Made by a program: the position numbers and the translations under genes. The notes below the pieces were generated by a model. The model did no database searches, was not told where the DNA came from, and saw nothing but the letters and a program-made list of their open reading frames with translations. From NCBI GenBank assembly GCA_028282585.1, contig JANQHR010000062.1:6916-70915 (forward strand): a stretch of DNA of 64,000 nt, in the 5' to 3' direction. Positions 19,145 through 28,649 of this stretch are shown one piece after another. This DNA is from Bacteroidales bacterium. Its GTDB lineage: Bacteria > Bacteroidota > Bacteroidia > Bacteroidales > UBA12077. Position 1 is the first letter of the stretch; every line of letters starts with the position of its first letter.

Positions 19145-19172
19145 AAAAGGTTCGGAGCAATTCGAACCTTTT
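19145..19172. terminator. Bidirectional hairpin terminator between the peptide genes (+) and the phosphatase gene (-)
   Basis: 10-bp perfect stem pairs AAAAGGTTCG (19145-19154) with CGAACCTTTT (19163-19172) around an 8-nt loop. Both flanks are T-rich. Confidence 0.65.
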
Positions 19173-19187
19173 ATACTGTTTACTTTT

Positions 19188-20303
19188 TTAATTATCTGCT
19201 TGATTGTGCCCTGAAAATACCTTCTTTTCAAAACCAAATGCTTTCATCATTTTTTCAAAGATATCCGTGTTTTCATAAATCCCACCAAATTCTTCAGCAC
19301 CAGGGCCATAAGCGAAAACCGGAACCATGTTCGAAGTATGATGCTCTGTTGAAAAATGAGTTTCAATGGTTCTGGTTTCCATATTGCCTTCAACTATTGT
19401 AAGTCCTCCAGTTTCGTGATCAGAAGTAACTATTAACAAGGTTTCACCATCTGCTTTTGCAAACTCTAGCGCTTTTGCCACCGCATTATCAAAATCAATA
19501 GTTTCAGTGATAACATAATCGATATCATTATCATGTCCTGCCCAATCAATTTGAGATCCTTCAACCATTAAGAAAAATCCTGTATCATTTTTCTTTAAAA
19601 TCTCGATAGCCTTTTGAGTTGATTGCGGAAGCATATCTCCTCGTCCATTTAATATCTCGGGATTATGACCTTCTGCTGTAAACACAGCATATTTTCCATC
19701 ATTTCTTGTATTCAGATTTTCGATACCGTTCACAATATTATATTTTCTCTGCCTTAGAGAGTCCAATAAATTCAAACCGTCTTCTCGTTGCACAAAATGT
19801 TTTCTCCCTCCTCCGATGAATAAATCAATATCAACATCTAAAAAATCGCGCGCTATATTTTCATAATTATTTCTATGTAGCTCATGAGCAATAAACGATG
19901 CAGGTGTTGCATGTAAAATTGAACTTGTGGAAACTAATCCGGTAGCTAATTTATATTCCTCAGCATATTCCAATATAGTTTTAACTGCATTACCTGCAGT
20001 ATCAACACTAATACTTTGATTGTTAGTTTTAACTCCTGTTGCTATTGCCGTTCCTGCCGCTCCGGAATCGGTAATATAATCAGATGCGGAGTATGTTTTT
20101 TGTAACCCAACAACTTTAAATTTTTCCATATGAAGAGGTTTCTCTGAAACAGACATTGCCGCATATAGTTGACTGACACCCATTCCATCACCAATCATTA
20201 ATATTATATTTTTTGCCTTTTGGGTCTGAATTTGGTTTGTTTGGTCTTGCTTACATGAAAATAGTAAGGCAAAAACGGCAAGAACAATTATGATTCTTTT
20301 CAT
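19188..20303 (-). CDS. Alkaline phosphatase (PhoA family), lipoprotein
   Basis: 371 aa. MIGDGMG metal site, nucleophile region ITDSGAAGTA, and the late motifs DWAGHDND and TSDHETGG. Confidence 0.9.
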   Translation of the reverse strand: MKRIIIVLAVFALLFSCKQDQTNQIQTQKAKNIILMIGDGMGVSQLYAAMSVSEKPLHMEKFKVVGLQKTYSASDYITDSGAAGTAIATGVKTNNQSISVDTAGNAVKTILEYAEEYKLATGLVSTSSILHATPASFIAHELHRNNYENIARDFLDVDIDLFIGGGRKHFVQREDGLNLLDSLRQRKYNIVNGIENLNTRNDGKYAVFTAEGHNPEILNGRGDMLPQSTQKAIEILKKNDTGFFLMVEGSQIDWAGHDNDIDYVITETIDFDNAVAKALEFAKADGETLLIVTSDHETGGLTIVEGNMETRTIETHFSTEHHTSNMVPVFAYGPGAEEFGGIYENTDIFEKMMKAFGFEKKVFSGHNQADN

Positions 20304-22085
20304 TTAATTTTTCGAGTTTAAAAGTTTTTCATCTTTATTTTTAGCTTTTTCCCACCAATCCTTTGGAATTATGGCCCATTCATTCTTTAATTTAGGATCA
20401 ATGGTTTCTTTATCTTCAATATATCTCATCAAAAAATATCTAATATCTTTATTTGTGGAATTAATAATTCGTCCTGAGAGCTCATCTTTATCTAAGCCAA
20501 CCCCAACTGTAAAATGGCCTCCCCCTCCGTTCGCTCTATAGCTATTAACTGCAACAGTATAGGTGCTATCTACGAAAAATTCACGTCCATCTGATAATGT
20601 TGAAATAGTAACCTTTTCATTTATCGGTCTGGTTATATCTATTGTATAATTAATTCCGGATGCTACATCAAAATTATAGAATGACTTTTCAAGTTGATAT
20701 GATTGATACCTCTCCGAAAATATCATTTCTCTGTTGTTATCTCTTTTGAAATAAAGAAGGTGATCATTTTCATTATTCATAGTATTAAACCAATAAGCGA
20801 ATGAATATTCAAGATATTTATCAATTTCACTACCAGTTAAATTAATTGTATAAAGAAAATTCTCGTATCGGTATAATTTAAACATATCTCTTACATATAC
20901 CGGACCCTTTTCTATAACTGCATTAAAAGACAAGGGCGCTGCAAAAGAAATATCCGCATTACTCCTTATGAACTGAACTTCATGGATTAAATCCAAAAAT
21001 TCGGATGGACCATATAACGCTTTATGCGCATAAACATCCTTTTCAAAAACACCTACCTGTTTTGATACAAAATCTTTAACTTCCTTAAATTCTTTTTCAA
21101 ACTCTAAATTAAATAAAGAGTCTGCTTTATAATCAGACATCTCAACTACGTTTCCTTTAATATTTTTTTCATATTTACCTTCCGAATCTAAATTAAATTC
21201 AACTGTAGCCGTTGCAACTTGCTGACCATGTGCACCAGGTCCTAAAATCAATACATCATCACCATTTATATTTTTCACGGTATTGTTCCAAGTTCTGTGA
21301 TCGTGCCCAATGAAAATAACATCAAAACCAGGTACCTGCTCTGCTACTAAAACAGAAGCATTTTCATTTTTATAGGTATTCTTATCATTGTTACCATACT
21401 TATAATCATAACCTGCATGAAACAAACCTACTATCAAATTAGGTTCTTCTGTTTCAAGAATTAGTGGAATCCATTTTTTTGCAGTAACAATCATGTCTTC
21501 AAATTCCATTCCTGACCATAATTTTTCAGGCAACCATTTGGGAATACCTGGAGTAATGAGTCCAAAAACTGCGATTTTAAACCCATCTTTATTAATAATG
21601 GTATAGGGTTCAAAATAAGGTTCTCCGGTATTTGTGTCAATTGCATTAGCAGCTAACCACGGGAAATTAAAATCCTTTACTAGTTTATCATAAACCAGGG
21701 GCCCTGCTTCAATATCATGGTTTCCAATGGTTGCAACATCATACTCCATATAGTTCATTACTTCAGAGCAAATATGTTTATCTGATGTATTTTCAAAATT
21801 ATAATAATATACAACAGGTTGTCCCTGCAGTATGTCTCCATTATCCATCAAAATAACATTGTTATTGCCTCTTAATTCTTTTACATAAGAATGTACTTTT
21901 GATAAAGACCCTGAAGAATTTCTATCATTTACAAAATCATAATCGAATATTGCTCCATGTACATCACTAGTTTCAACTAAAATCAAACTATAAGAATCTG
22001 TTTTTGGAGAATCAGAACATGAGTAAAGGAAAGTAAAAAATATTACTGATATTAATAAAAAATAATGGTGTTTTGAGTTATTCAT
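20304..22085 (-). CDS. Bifunctional metallophosphatase / 5'-nucleotidase (UshA/CpdB-like)
   Basis: 593 aa. Calcineurin-like motifs TSDVHG, GDILQG, GNHD and GHDH, plus a C-terminal 5'-nucleotidase substrate-binding region. The stop abuts the phosphatase start. Confidence 0.85.
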   Translation of the reverse strand: MNNSKHHYFLLISVIFFTFLYSCSDSPKTDSYSLILVETSDVHGAIFDYDFVNDRNSSGSLSKVHSYVKELRGNNNVILMDNGDILQGQPVVYYYNFENTSDKHICSEVMNYMEYDVATIGNHDIEAGPLVYDKLVKDFNFPWLAANAIDTNTGEPYFEPYTIINKDGFKIAVFGLITPGIPKWLPEKLWSGMEFEDMIVTAKKWIPLILETEEPNLIVGLFHAGYDYKYGNNDKNTYKNENASVLVAEQVPGFDVIFIGHDHRTWNNTVKNINGDDVLILGPGAHGQQVATATVEFNLDSEGKYEKNIKGNVVEMSDYKADSLFNLEFEKEFKEVKDFVSKQVGVFEKDVYAHKALYGPSEFLDLIHEVQFIRSNADISFAAPLSFNAVIEKGPVYVRDMFKLYRYENFLYTINLTGSEIDKYLEYSFAYWFNTMNNENDHLLYFKRDNNREMIFSERYQSYQLEKSFYNFDVASGINYTIDITRPINEKVTISTLSDGREFFVDSTYTVAVNSYRANGGGGHFTVGVGLDKDELSGRIINSTNKDIRYFLMRYIEDKETIDPKLKNEWAIIPKDWWEKAKNKDEKLLNSKN

Positions 22086-22214
22086 TTTATTGAAATATAA
22101 GTTCCGTATAAGCTGTTTTTAGATTTTATAAAGAAACAATATAATTATAATTTGGTTCTACAAGGATTCTTTAAATTAATGTTAACAAATTTAATGGAAT
22201 TAATTTGAAATAAT

Positions 22215-22480
22215 TAGATTTCTTTAATCTCGGTTGGAATCGTGACGTAAAATATAGTTACTTTGTTAACTTCTGAATCCAACTAAATCTCCACTCCCAA
22301 TTGTTCTATTAAGCTTTTTGCCGAGGATAATCCCATATCCGTACCTTTAAAATAATTGAATTATTGGTTAGAGCCTTGTAAAACATCTTAAAAATTCTGT
22401 CATGGCATTTGGGATCAATTAATCCTTAAGTATAACTAAAAGGCTTTCAAGTTCTAATTGAGATGAAGCTGCACGATTTA
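22215..22480 (-). pseudogene. Decayed C-terminal (HATPase_c) fragment of a sensor histidine kinase
   Basis: The minus strand reads DPKCHDRIFKMFYKA (nt ~22372-22416, like the IFERFYR box) in one frame. A second frame reads GTDMGLSSAKSLIEQLGVEI*LDSEVNKVTIFYVTIPTEIKEI* (from nt 22345 down to ~22215, G2 box plus terminal strands). There is a frameshift and an internal stop, and no HisKA region between it and the upstream GAF/PAS gene. The upstream boundary is uncertain. Confidence 0.5.
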
Positions 22481-22607
22481 CGGGAGAGTGCAAGGTATCA
22501 ATAATGCTCTTACAACTTTCACAACAAGATAAAAAATTAATTATCTATCAATCAAATATATTGTTTCTTTATTCTTAATAGCTTAGATTAAGTAATATTA
22601 AATGATT

Positions 22608-24908
22608 TTAAAATAGGTCAACAGAAATATTTTGGATAAAGGCGGTATAAGTAACTTCATTTTCCAAGATGGCTCTTGATAGAATAATAATTACGGGAAT
22701 ATCTTCTCCTTCACTATCCGTAATTTCTATTTCTCTGCGCTCTCCTACTAGTTTATCGGCCTTTGGATCAAGAAATGATTTAGTAAACTCATTATTATAA
22801 TCGGCTTTAGAAAACAATTTTTTTATGTTTCTACCTAATACAACATCACGCTCCAATTTCCAGAGCTCTTCAGCAGCCTTATTAAAGAACTTAACTACAC
22901 CATTTTGATCAATAGTTATAATTGCATCTGCAGCTCCTTCAAGAGTTCTCTCATTACGTAATTTTGCTTGTTCTACTTCTCGAATTTGTTTTTCGGCTTG
23001 AATCTTATTTTGTTTTAATTGCTCTTTTAATTCAGCTCTTGATTTATTTAATTCTCCCTCTTGTTTTTTAAGAAGTTCTGTTTGCTTAAGAGTCTCCATT
23101 TCCATTAGTTTTTCCTTGGTTTCGTCATAACCAATAAAAATCACTTTAGAAATATCATCATACATATCGCGCACCGGCGATAAATTTAATTTTAACCAAA
23201 GGCTTTTATCTTCTTTTGTTCTATGTCTTAATGTACCTTCCCAAGATTCACCCAATGAAACTCTTTCCCAAATTTCACGAAGCTTATTCAAATCTGACTT
23301 ATCAATAAAATCAAAAATTGTTTTTTCTTTTAGCTCGTAAAGAGAAAACTCCATAAGGTCTACAAACTTATTATTACATTCCATTAGATCGCCTGTTGGA
23401 AGAAACTCAACCTTTATACTCGATTGATTTAACGCATTTATTTGTGCTTCATGATCAAGACTAACCTTACGCTGCTCTGTAGTATCAATAGCTAAAAACA
23501 AAATCTTTTCAACGCTTCCATCTTCTCTTCTCATACAAGTATAGGTAGACATTGTCCATAAATCATGTCCCTGTTTGGTTACGTGTTTCATGAATCCTTC
23601 GAAGTGTTTTCCTCCATTTGCAAGGCTATTCCAAAGCTTATTAAACCAATTTCTATCTTTCTCATTTATAAACATCTGGATGTTTTTTCCTTCTACATCC
23701 GAGTTGCTCTCATAACCAAGTTTTTTCAAAAATTTGGTGTTTGCATAAATCAGTGTACCATCATTTTCGTATTCCGCTCTTATTAATGTATGGTTCACTG
23801 CATTTGTGAAAGTTATAAATTTTTCACTTTGTCGGGCAGCTTCTTCTTGCGTAGCTTGCAACTCTTCCATATTTTGCCGCATTTGTTCTTCTTGCGCAGC
23901 AAGTATTTCTGCTTGTTCCTGAGAATCCTTTAAGAGCTTTGCAGTCTTTGTATTAATTTTTACGTTAGAAATTGTTGATCCAATGCTCTCAGCAATCTTC
24001 TCGACAAAATCAACAGTAAATCTTTCTATATTATGAAAGGCACCTATTTCAAGAACACCATGTACCTCATCATTAAATTTCAATGGCACAACCAGTAAAC
24101 AAGTAGGAGTAGCTTCACCTAGTCCCGATGTAATGTGGACATAAGTACTCGGTATGTCTGTCATGTATATTGTTTCTTGCTCCAATATCGCTGCTCCTAT
24201 GGCTCCCTCGCCCCATTCGACTCTTTTATCTGCGAATTTTCTTCTTTCGTAAGCATAACAAGCCGTCATTCTCATATGTTTATCTGCTTCATTTTCATCT
24301 TCAATAATAAATAAAGCACCCTGATTTGCATTTATATATTTTATAAGATTACTTATCAGGTTATATGAAAGTTCTTCAAGATTATCCGTATCTTTTCGTA
24401 AAATCTCACCAAATTTTGCCAATCCTTCTGCAATCCAATTTCTTTGGTTATCTTCGTTACGCCTTTTTTCTTCTTCATCGCGATTCTTTTTTAAATTATC
24501 TCTCAGATCAAGAATTGATTGCCCTAATACGTCGTCTGCTCCTTGAACCTTATAATCGGCATCAATATTACCTAAACGTATTTTTTCGACAAATCGAAAT
24601 ATCTTTTGGTTTTTGTCGAATTCTTTTTTTAAAGAAGAATGTAAAGCCTCTGAAGCTGTTGCGTATTTTTTACTTAAAACATATGCATAAAACGCAAGCA
24701 CAAATGGTGCTAAATCTAAAATTAAGTATACCGGATTATTACGGTGTAGTTCAGCAATCTCAGAAAAACTTACTTTTTTTATAAAAAAATCTACAATTAA
24801 TATAAATAATACCGTTAATAATCCAACAACAAATCCGCTAATTGTATATTTAAAGATTATTGCTTGAGAGTTTCTTTCCTTCATTGATTGCTTTAAATTT
24901 ATAGGCAA
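22608..24908 (-). CDS. Membrane-anchored GAF + multi-PAS sensor protein with no output domain
   Basis: 766 aa. Two N-terminal TM helices, a GAF-like region (...GALFIIEDE...LLVVPLKFNDEVHGVLEIGAF), a Gln/Glu-rich coiled coil, then about three PAS-like repeats. It ends right after the last PAS. Confidence 0.8.
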   Translation of the reverse strand: MPINLKQSMKERNSQAIIFKYTISGFVVGLLTVLFILIVDFFIKKVSFSEIAELHRNNPVYLILDLAPFVLAFYAYVLSKKYATASEALHSSLKKEFDKNQKIFRFVEKIRLGNIDADYKVQGADDVLGQSILDLRDNLKKNRDEEEKRRNEDNQRNWIAEGLAKFGEILRKDTDNLEELSYNLISNLIKYINANQGALFIIEDENEADKHMRMTACYAYERRKFADKRVEWGEGAIGAAILEQETIYMTDIPSTYVHITSGLGEATPTCLLVVPLKFNDEVHGVLEIGAFHNIERFTVDFVEKIAESIGSTISNVKINTKTAKLLKDSQEQAEILAAQEEQMRQNMEELQATQEEAARQSEKFITFTNAVNHTLIRAEYENDGTLIYANTKFLKKLGYESNSDVEGKNIQMFINEKDRNWFNKLWNSLANGGKHFEGFMKHVTKQGHDLWTMSTYTCMRREDGSVEKILFLAIDTTEQRKVSLDHEAQINALNQSSIKVEFLPTGDLMECNNKFVDLMEFSLYELKEKTIFDFIDKSDLNKLREIWERVSLGESWEGTLRHRTKEDKSLWLKLNLSPVRDMYDDISKVIFIGYDETKEKLMEMETLKQTELLKKQEGELNKSRAELKEQLKQNKIQAEKQIREVEQAKLRNERTLEGAADAIITIDQNGVVKFFNKAAEELWKLERDVVLGRNIKKLFSKADYNNEFTKSFLDPKADKLVGERREIEITDSEGEDIPVIIILSRAILENEVTYTAFIQNISVDLF

Positions 24909-25003
24909 CTAAAAATAATAATATTTTCAACAAATCTTCTAAAAATAAGCGACAATTAAAAATCTTTGCTTTAAAAATTAGATTTTATTAATAAACGATT
25001 TTT

Positions 25004-26080
25004 TTAATTAACAGTTTCAAGAAGGTAAACCGAAATTTTTTCTAATGGTAATACTTTATCCGCTGCCTCAAGTTTTATCGCTTCTTTGGGCATACCAAAA
25101 ACAATAGAAGTTTCCTGATCTTGAGCAATCGTTTTAGCTCCTGCTTGCTTCATTTCAAGCAATCCCCTGGCTCCATCATCTCCCATACCTGTCATAATTA
25201 TTCCAATTGCATTAGCACCAGCATATTTCGCTGTTGAACGAAACAATACATCAACCGAAGGGCGATGGCGATTAACAAATGGCCCGCTTTTTACTTCAAC
25301 ATAATATCTTGCACCGCTTCGTTTAACCATAGTATGAAAATTTCCAGGTGCAATTAAAGCTCTGCCTCTGATAATCGAATCTCCGTTTTCGGCCTCTTTT
25401 ACAGTAATTTGGCAGATTTCATTTAATCTATTTGCAAATGATTTGGTAAATTGTTCGGGCATATGTTGCACCATAACAATTCCCGGGCAATCGGCGGGTA
25501 AACCCTGCAAGAAAGTAGTTATGGCTTCTGTACCTCCTGTTGATGCTCCAACTGCTACCACAACTTCAGTTGTTTTTATCATACTGTGTTTACTGGTTGG
25601 AGGAATTATTACGTCAGCTGAATATTTGGGAACTACTTTTATTGATTGTGGTTTGTTAGTTTTACGTCGAATTTTAGCATGAGCAGCACCTTTAACAGCT
25701 TCACAAATTCTAATTTTTGATTCCCGAATAAATTCCTTAGTTGATAAAAAAGGTTTTGTTATAATTTCAACAGCACCATACTCAAGTGCTTTAAATCCGG
25801 TCTCCGTTCCTTCTCCCGTTAAACTTGAAATAACAACTACTGGCATTGGGTGTTGGCTCATAATCTTTTGCAAGAAAGTTAAACCATCCATTCGTGGCAT
25901 TTCTATATCGAGCGTAATTACATCCGGAATCTCTTGTTTTATTTTTTTTGCAGCAACAAAAGGATCTGAGGCCGTGCCCATAACTTCAAGCTCAGGATCA
26001 GAATTAATAATTTCCGTAAGATTTTGACGAACTACAGCAGAATCGTCCACAATTAAAACTCTGATCTTCTTTTTATCCAT
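25004..26080 (-). CDS. cheB: Chemotaxis response regulator protein-glutamate methylesterase CheB
   Basis: 358 aa. Receiver domain (RVLIVDDS...[14 protein letters not shown]) plus methylesterase domain (GASTGG, HMP, GMGDDG). Confidence 0.95.
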   Translation of the reverse strand: MDKKKIRVLIVDDSAVVRQNLTEIINSDPELEVMGTASDPFVAAKKIKQEIPDVITLDIEMPRMDGLTFLQKIMSQHPMPVVVISSLTGEGTETGFKALEYGAVEIITKPFLSTKEFIRESKIRICEAVKGAAHAKIRRKTNKPQSIKVVPKYSADVIIPPTSKHSMIKTTEVVVAVGASTGGTEAITTFLQGLPADCPGIVMVQHMPEQFTKSFANRLNEICQITVKEAENGDSIIRGRALIAPGNFHTMVKRSGARYYVEVKSGPFVNRHRPSVDVLFRSTAKYAGANAIGIIMTGMGDDGARGLLEMKQAGAKTIAQDQETSIVFGMPKEAIKLEAADKVLPLEKISVYLLETVN

Positions 26081-26126
26081 GCAATATTCGTTTAATTGGT
26101 CTTATGTTAAAATTACAAAAAAACAT

Positions 26127-26609
26127 TTACTTTTTTATTTTCTTAATTTCTCTTTTTACATATCGTTGTTTGATTTCTCCGGAAACTGTATTCATAATAA
26201 TCTTTCGCCCATATTTTCCTCCAACACTCGAGCTAACAATAGGAATTCTCAATTCTTCCAAGGTTTCATGTGCCAATTTAATATTTCTTTCTCCTATTTG
26301 AAAATATTGAGTTTCCGTATCTAAAACTTCACCGCCACCAAAAACTTTAGCAACGATATGGTTCTTTTTGGAGCCAAAAGAAATTATTTTATCCAGTAAT
26401 TTTTCTATTGCTATGTTTCCATATTTTGGAGATGCTAATCCTTCTCCATTCCATAGCGGTAACATATAATGTGACATTCCTCCATACTTTAAGATAGGGT
26501 CCCACATACATACAGCCACACACGAACCTAAAATCGTACTTATGTTATAAGGCTCTTTTGATGCAAAAATTGCAGAAGGATATAAGAAATAAGAAGAAGT
26601 ATTTTCCAT
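26127..26609 (-). CDS. cheD: Chemoreceptor glutamine deamidase CheD
   Basis: 160 aa with the characteristic LGSCVAV catalytic-Cys motif and a GGxxHxMLP region. Confidence 0.9.
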   Translation of the reverse strand: MENTSSYFLYPSAIFASKEPYNISTILGSCVAVCMWDPILKYGGMSHYMLPLWNGEGLASPKYGNIAIEKLLDKIISFGSKKNHIVAKVFGGGEVLDTETQYFQIGERNIKLAHETLEELRIPIVSSSVGGKYGRKIIMNTVSGEIKQRYVKREIKKIKK

Positions 26610-26618
26610 AAAAATTAT

Positions 26619-27527
26619 TTAAAATGTTTCTTTTTCGCCTTCATCATCTTCAAAGAATAGCTCATTACCATCTAATGCAAATCCTTGAGTATCAATTTCT
26701 GATTCGGGAATTGTAACGGTGAATTCAGAACCTTTATCAAGTTCACTTTCAAGTTCAATTTTACCATCAAAAAGATCAATCAGCGCTTTATTCACTGATA
26801 ATCCTAATCCGTGCCCTCTATTTAATGAGTTAATTCCTGAATCAAGTCTTTTAAACCGATCAAAAATGATTTTTTTATTCTCTTCAGATACACCGCAACC
26901 AAAATCTTTTACTGAAATCATTAAGCTTTTATCCACAATCCAAACTTTTAAAATTATCCTGCTTTCATCATCACTAAATTTAATCGCATTAAATAACAGA
27001 TTTGCAATTATTAATCTCAACTTTTCAGCATCTGTTTTAAAATAAAAAGGATTTTCAATGGAAGATTCTATTTTAAAATCTAGTTCAACTTTAATATTCT
27101 TCTTATCTGACTCATAAGTAAATGATTCAACAATACTTTCAACTAATTGTAAGATATCTACATTTAGCACCTCCGGTAAAACTTCTCCAGCTTCCAGTTT
27201 TGCTGCAACAAATATGTTTCTTAACTGAAAATCCAGATTAAATGCTTCTGAATAAATTAACGTAACCATTTTATGCACTTCACTCCAATTTTGTTTCCCA
27301 ACTTTTATAATGTTTTTTGACAATGCCAAAATAGATGCAAAAGGGTTTATAATCTCGTTGGTAATATTTGAGATAAAATGACTTTTTAGGGCTTCAGATT
27401 CTTCGAGTTTTTTATTAACTTCTTTCAGTTCTTTATTGAGTTGTTGAACTTCCAAAAGAGCTTTTTTTGTTTTATCGAAGCGCTTCATTAGTTCTTCGAT
27501 TAGTTCGTGATCTTTTAATTCGCTCAT
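26619..27527 (-). CDS. Soluble histidine-kinase-like protein (HisKA-like + HATPase_c) lacking the canonical phospho-acceptor His
   Basis: 302 aa. The H-box position reads KSHFISNITNEIINPF where kinases have KSxFLANMSHELRTPL, giving Asn57 (nt 27357-27359) in place of His. The N box (NLLFNAIKF), G1 (DFGCGV) and G2 (GHGLGLS) are intact. Confidence 0.8.
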   Translation of the reverse strand: MSELKDHELIEELMKRFDKTKKALLEVQQLNKELKEVNKKLEESEALKSHFISNITNEIINPFASILALSKNIIKVGKQNWSEVHKMVTLIYSEAFNLDFQLRNIFVAAKLEAGEVLPEVLNVDILQLVESIVESFTYESDKKNIKVELDFKIESSIENPFYFKTDAEKLRLIIANLLFNAIKFSDDESRIILKVWIVDKSLMISVKDFGCGVSEENKKIIFDRFKRLDSGINSLNRGHGLGLSVNKALIDLFDGKIELESELDKGSEFTVTIPESEIDTQGFALDGNELFFEDDEGEKETF

Positions 27528-27537
27528 AGTTTTTTAT

Positions 27538-28392
27538 TTAATTTCTTACGAAAATTGTGGGTTTTATTTGCTTTAAAGGTAAATTCATTCCTAAAATAGA
27601 TTCCGAATGTCCGATAAATAAATATCCTCCTGATTTTAATTTTTGACACAATCTATTTAATACCATTTCCTGGGTTTCTCTGTTAAAATAGATCAAAACA
27701 TTTCGACAAAATATCACATCAAAAACATCTGCAACATTATATGATGAATCCATAAAATTTAAACGTTGATATCTTATCTTATCTCTTAATAATTTAACAA
27801 CACGAACAGTTTTGTTGTCTTTATTTTTACTTTTTAAGAAATACCTTTTTTTAATGTTCAGAGGAATTACATTAATCCTATCTTCTTTATAAATTGCTGT
27901 ATTAGCCTGTTGAAGTATTTTTGTTGAAATATCAGTACCTAAAATATCATAATCGAAACCGGAATATTCATATTTAAATTCGTTCAAGGTAATTGCAATT
28001 GTATAAGGTTCTTCACCACTTGAACAACCTGCACTCCAGGCTTTAAAAATGGCTCTTCTTTCCTTTTCTATGAAATCAGGTAAGATTTTATTTCTGAGAA
28101 AATCAAAATGAACCGGTTCTCTGTAAAAATCTGTTTTGTTTGTACTAACAGCATCGAGCATATGAACGATTTCATTTTTTTGTCCCTCATCACTAAAAAC
28201 AAAATCGGCATATTCCTTAAAACTAAGTATTTCTAATTCTCTTAATCGTTTTTGTAAACGACTTTGCAACATAATCTTTTTAATGGGAGGCATTTTAATT
28301 CCCGATTGTTGAAAAACAAATCTACTCAGACGATTAAAATCATCATCTGTCATTCGTGCATTAAAAATTTTATTTAATAAAGGATCCACCAT
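27538..28392 (-). CDS. cheR: Chemotaxis protein methyltransferase CheR
   Basis: 284 aa. FFRE-type region (TDFYREPVHF) and a SAM-binding motif (AWSAGCSSGEEPYTIA). Confidence 0.95.
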   Translation of the reverse strand: MVDPLLNKIFNARMTDDDFNRLSRFVFQQSGIKMPPIKKIMLQSRLQKRLRELEILSFKEYADFVFSDEGQKNEIVHMLDAVSTNKTDFYREPVHFDFLRNKILPDFIEKERRAIFKAWSAGCSSGEEPYTIAITLNEFKYEYSGFDYDILGTDISTKILQQANTAIYKEDRINVIPLNIKKRYFLKSKNKDNKTVRVVKLLRDKIRYQRLNFMDSSYNVADVFDVIFCRNVLIYFNRETQEMVLNRLCQKLKSGGYLFIGHSESILGMNLPLKQIKPTIFVRN

Positions 28393-28412
28393 TTTTTATT
28401 TCAGTTTTAAAA

Positions 28413-28573
28413 GGGGGTGTCCAAAAAGTACAATAGTTAAATCTTGTTCTTATTTTTTACTTTGAGTAACTTTGTGTCTTCTCTGTGGTTCTCTGTGTAA
28501 CAGCCTTTTATAATTATACCACAAAGTTTCGCAAAGCAGGCACAAAGAACACTAAGACTTTTTGGACACCTCC
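28413..28573. repeat. 161-bp inverted-repeat-bounded intergenic element inside the che operon
   Basis: 17-bp terminal inverted repeat: GGGGGTGTCCAAAAAGT (28413-28429) and ACTTTTTGGACACCTCC (28557-28573), with 1 mismatch. The interior is rich in CTTTGTG/CTCTGTG and CACAAAG motifs that can fold into a long imperfect hairpin. No ORF. Confidence 0.6.
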
Positions 28574-28649
28574 TGTTTATTAATCCAAAGAATATAATTA
28601 CTTAACCCTAACCTTTAATTATAAACCCTTTAGACTAACTTGAATTTAA

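Noticed and set aside
19145-19172. tRNA-like string GGTTCGAA/TTCGAACC
   Set aside because: It is a simple 10-bp hairpin between convergent genes, with no acceptor, D or anticodon arms. I called it a terminator instead.
23565-24784. ORFs 23565-23786 (+) and 24365-24784 (+) inside the GAF/PAS gene
   Set aside because: Antisense shadows with no motifs.
25443-27045. ORFs 25443-25682, 26079-26324, 26104-26301 and 26719-27045 (+) overlapping cheB, cheD and the kinase-like gene
   Set aside because: All are antisense to well-supported che genes and have low-complexity composition.
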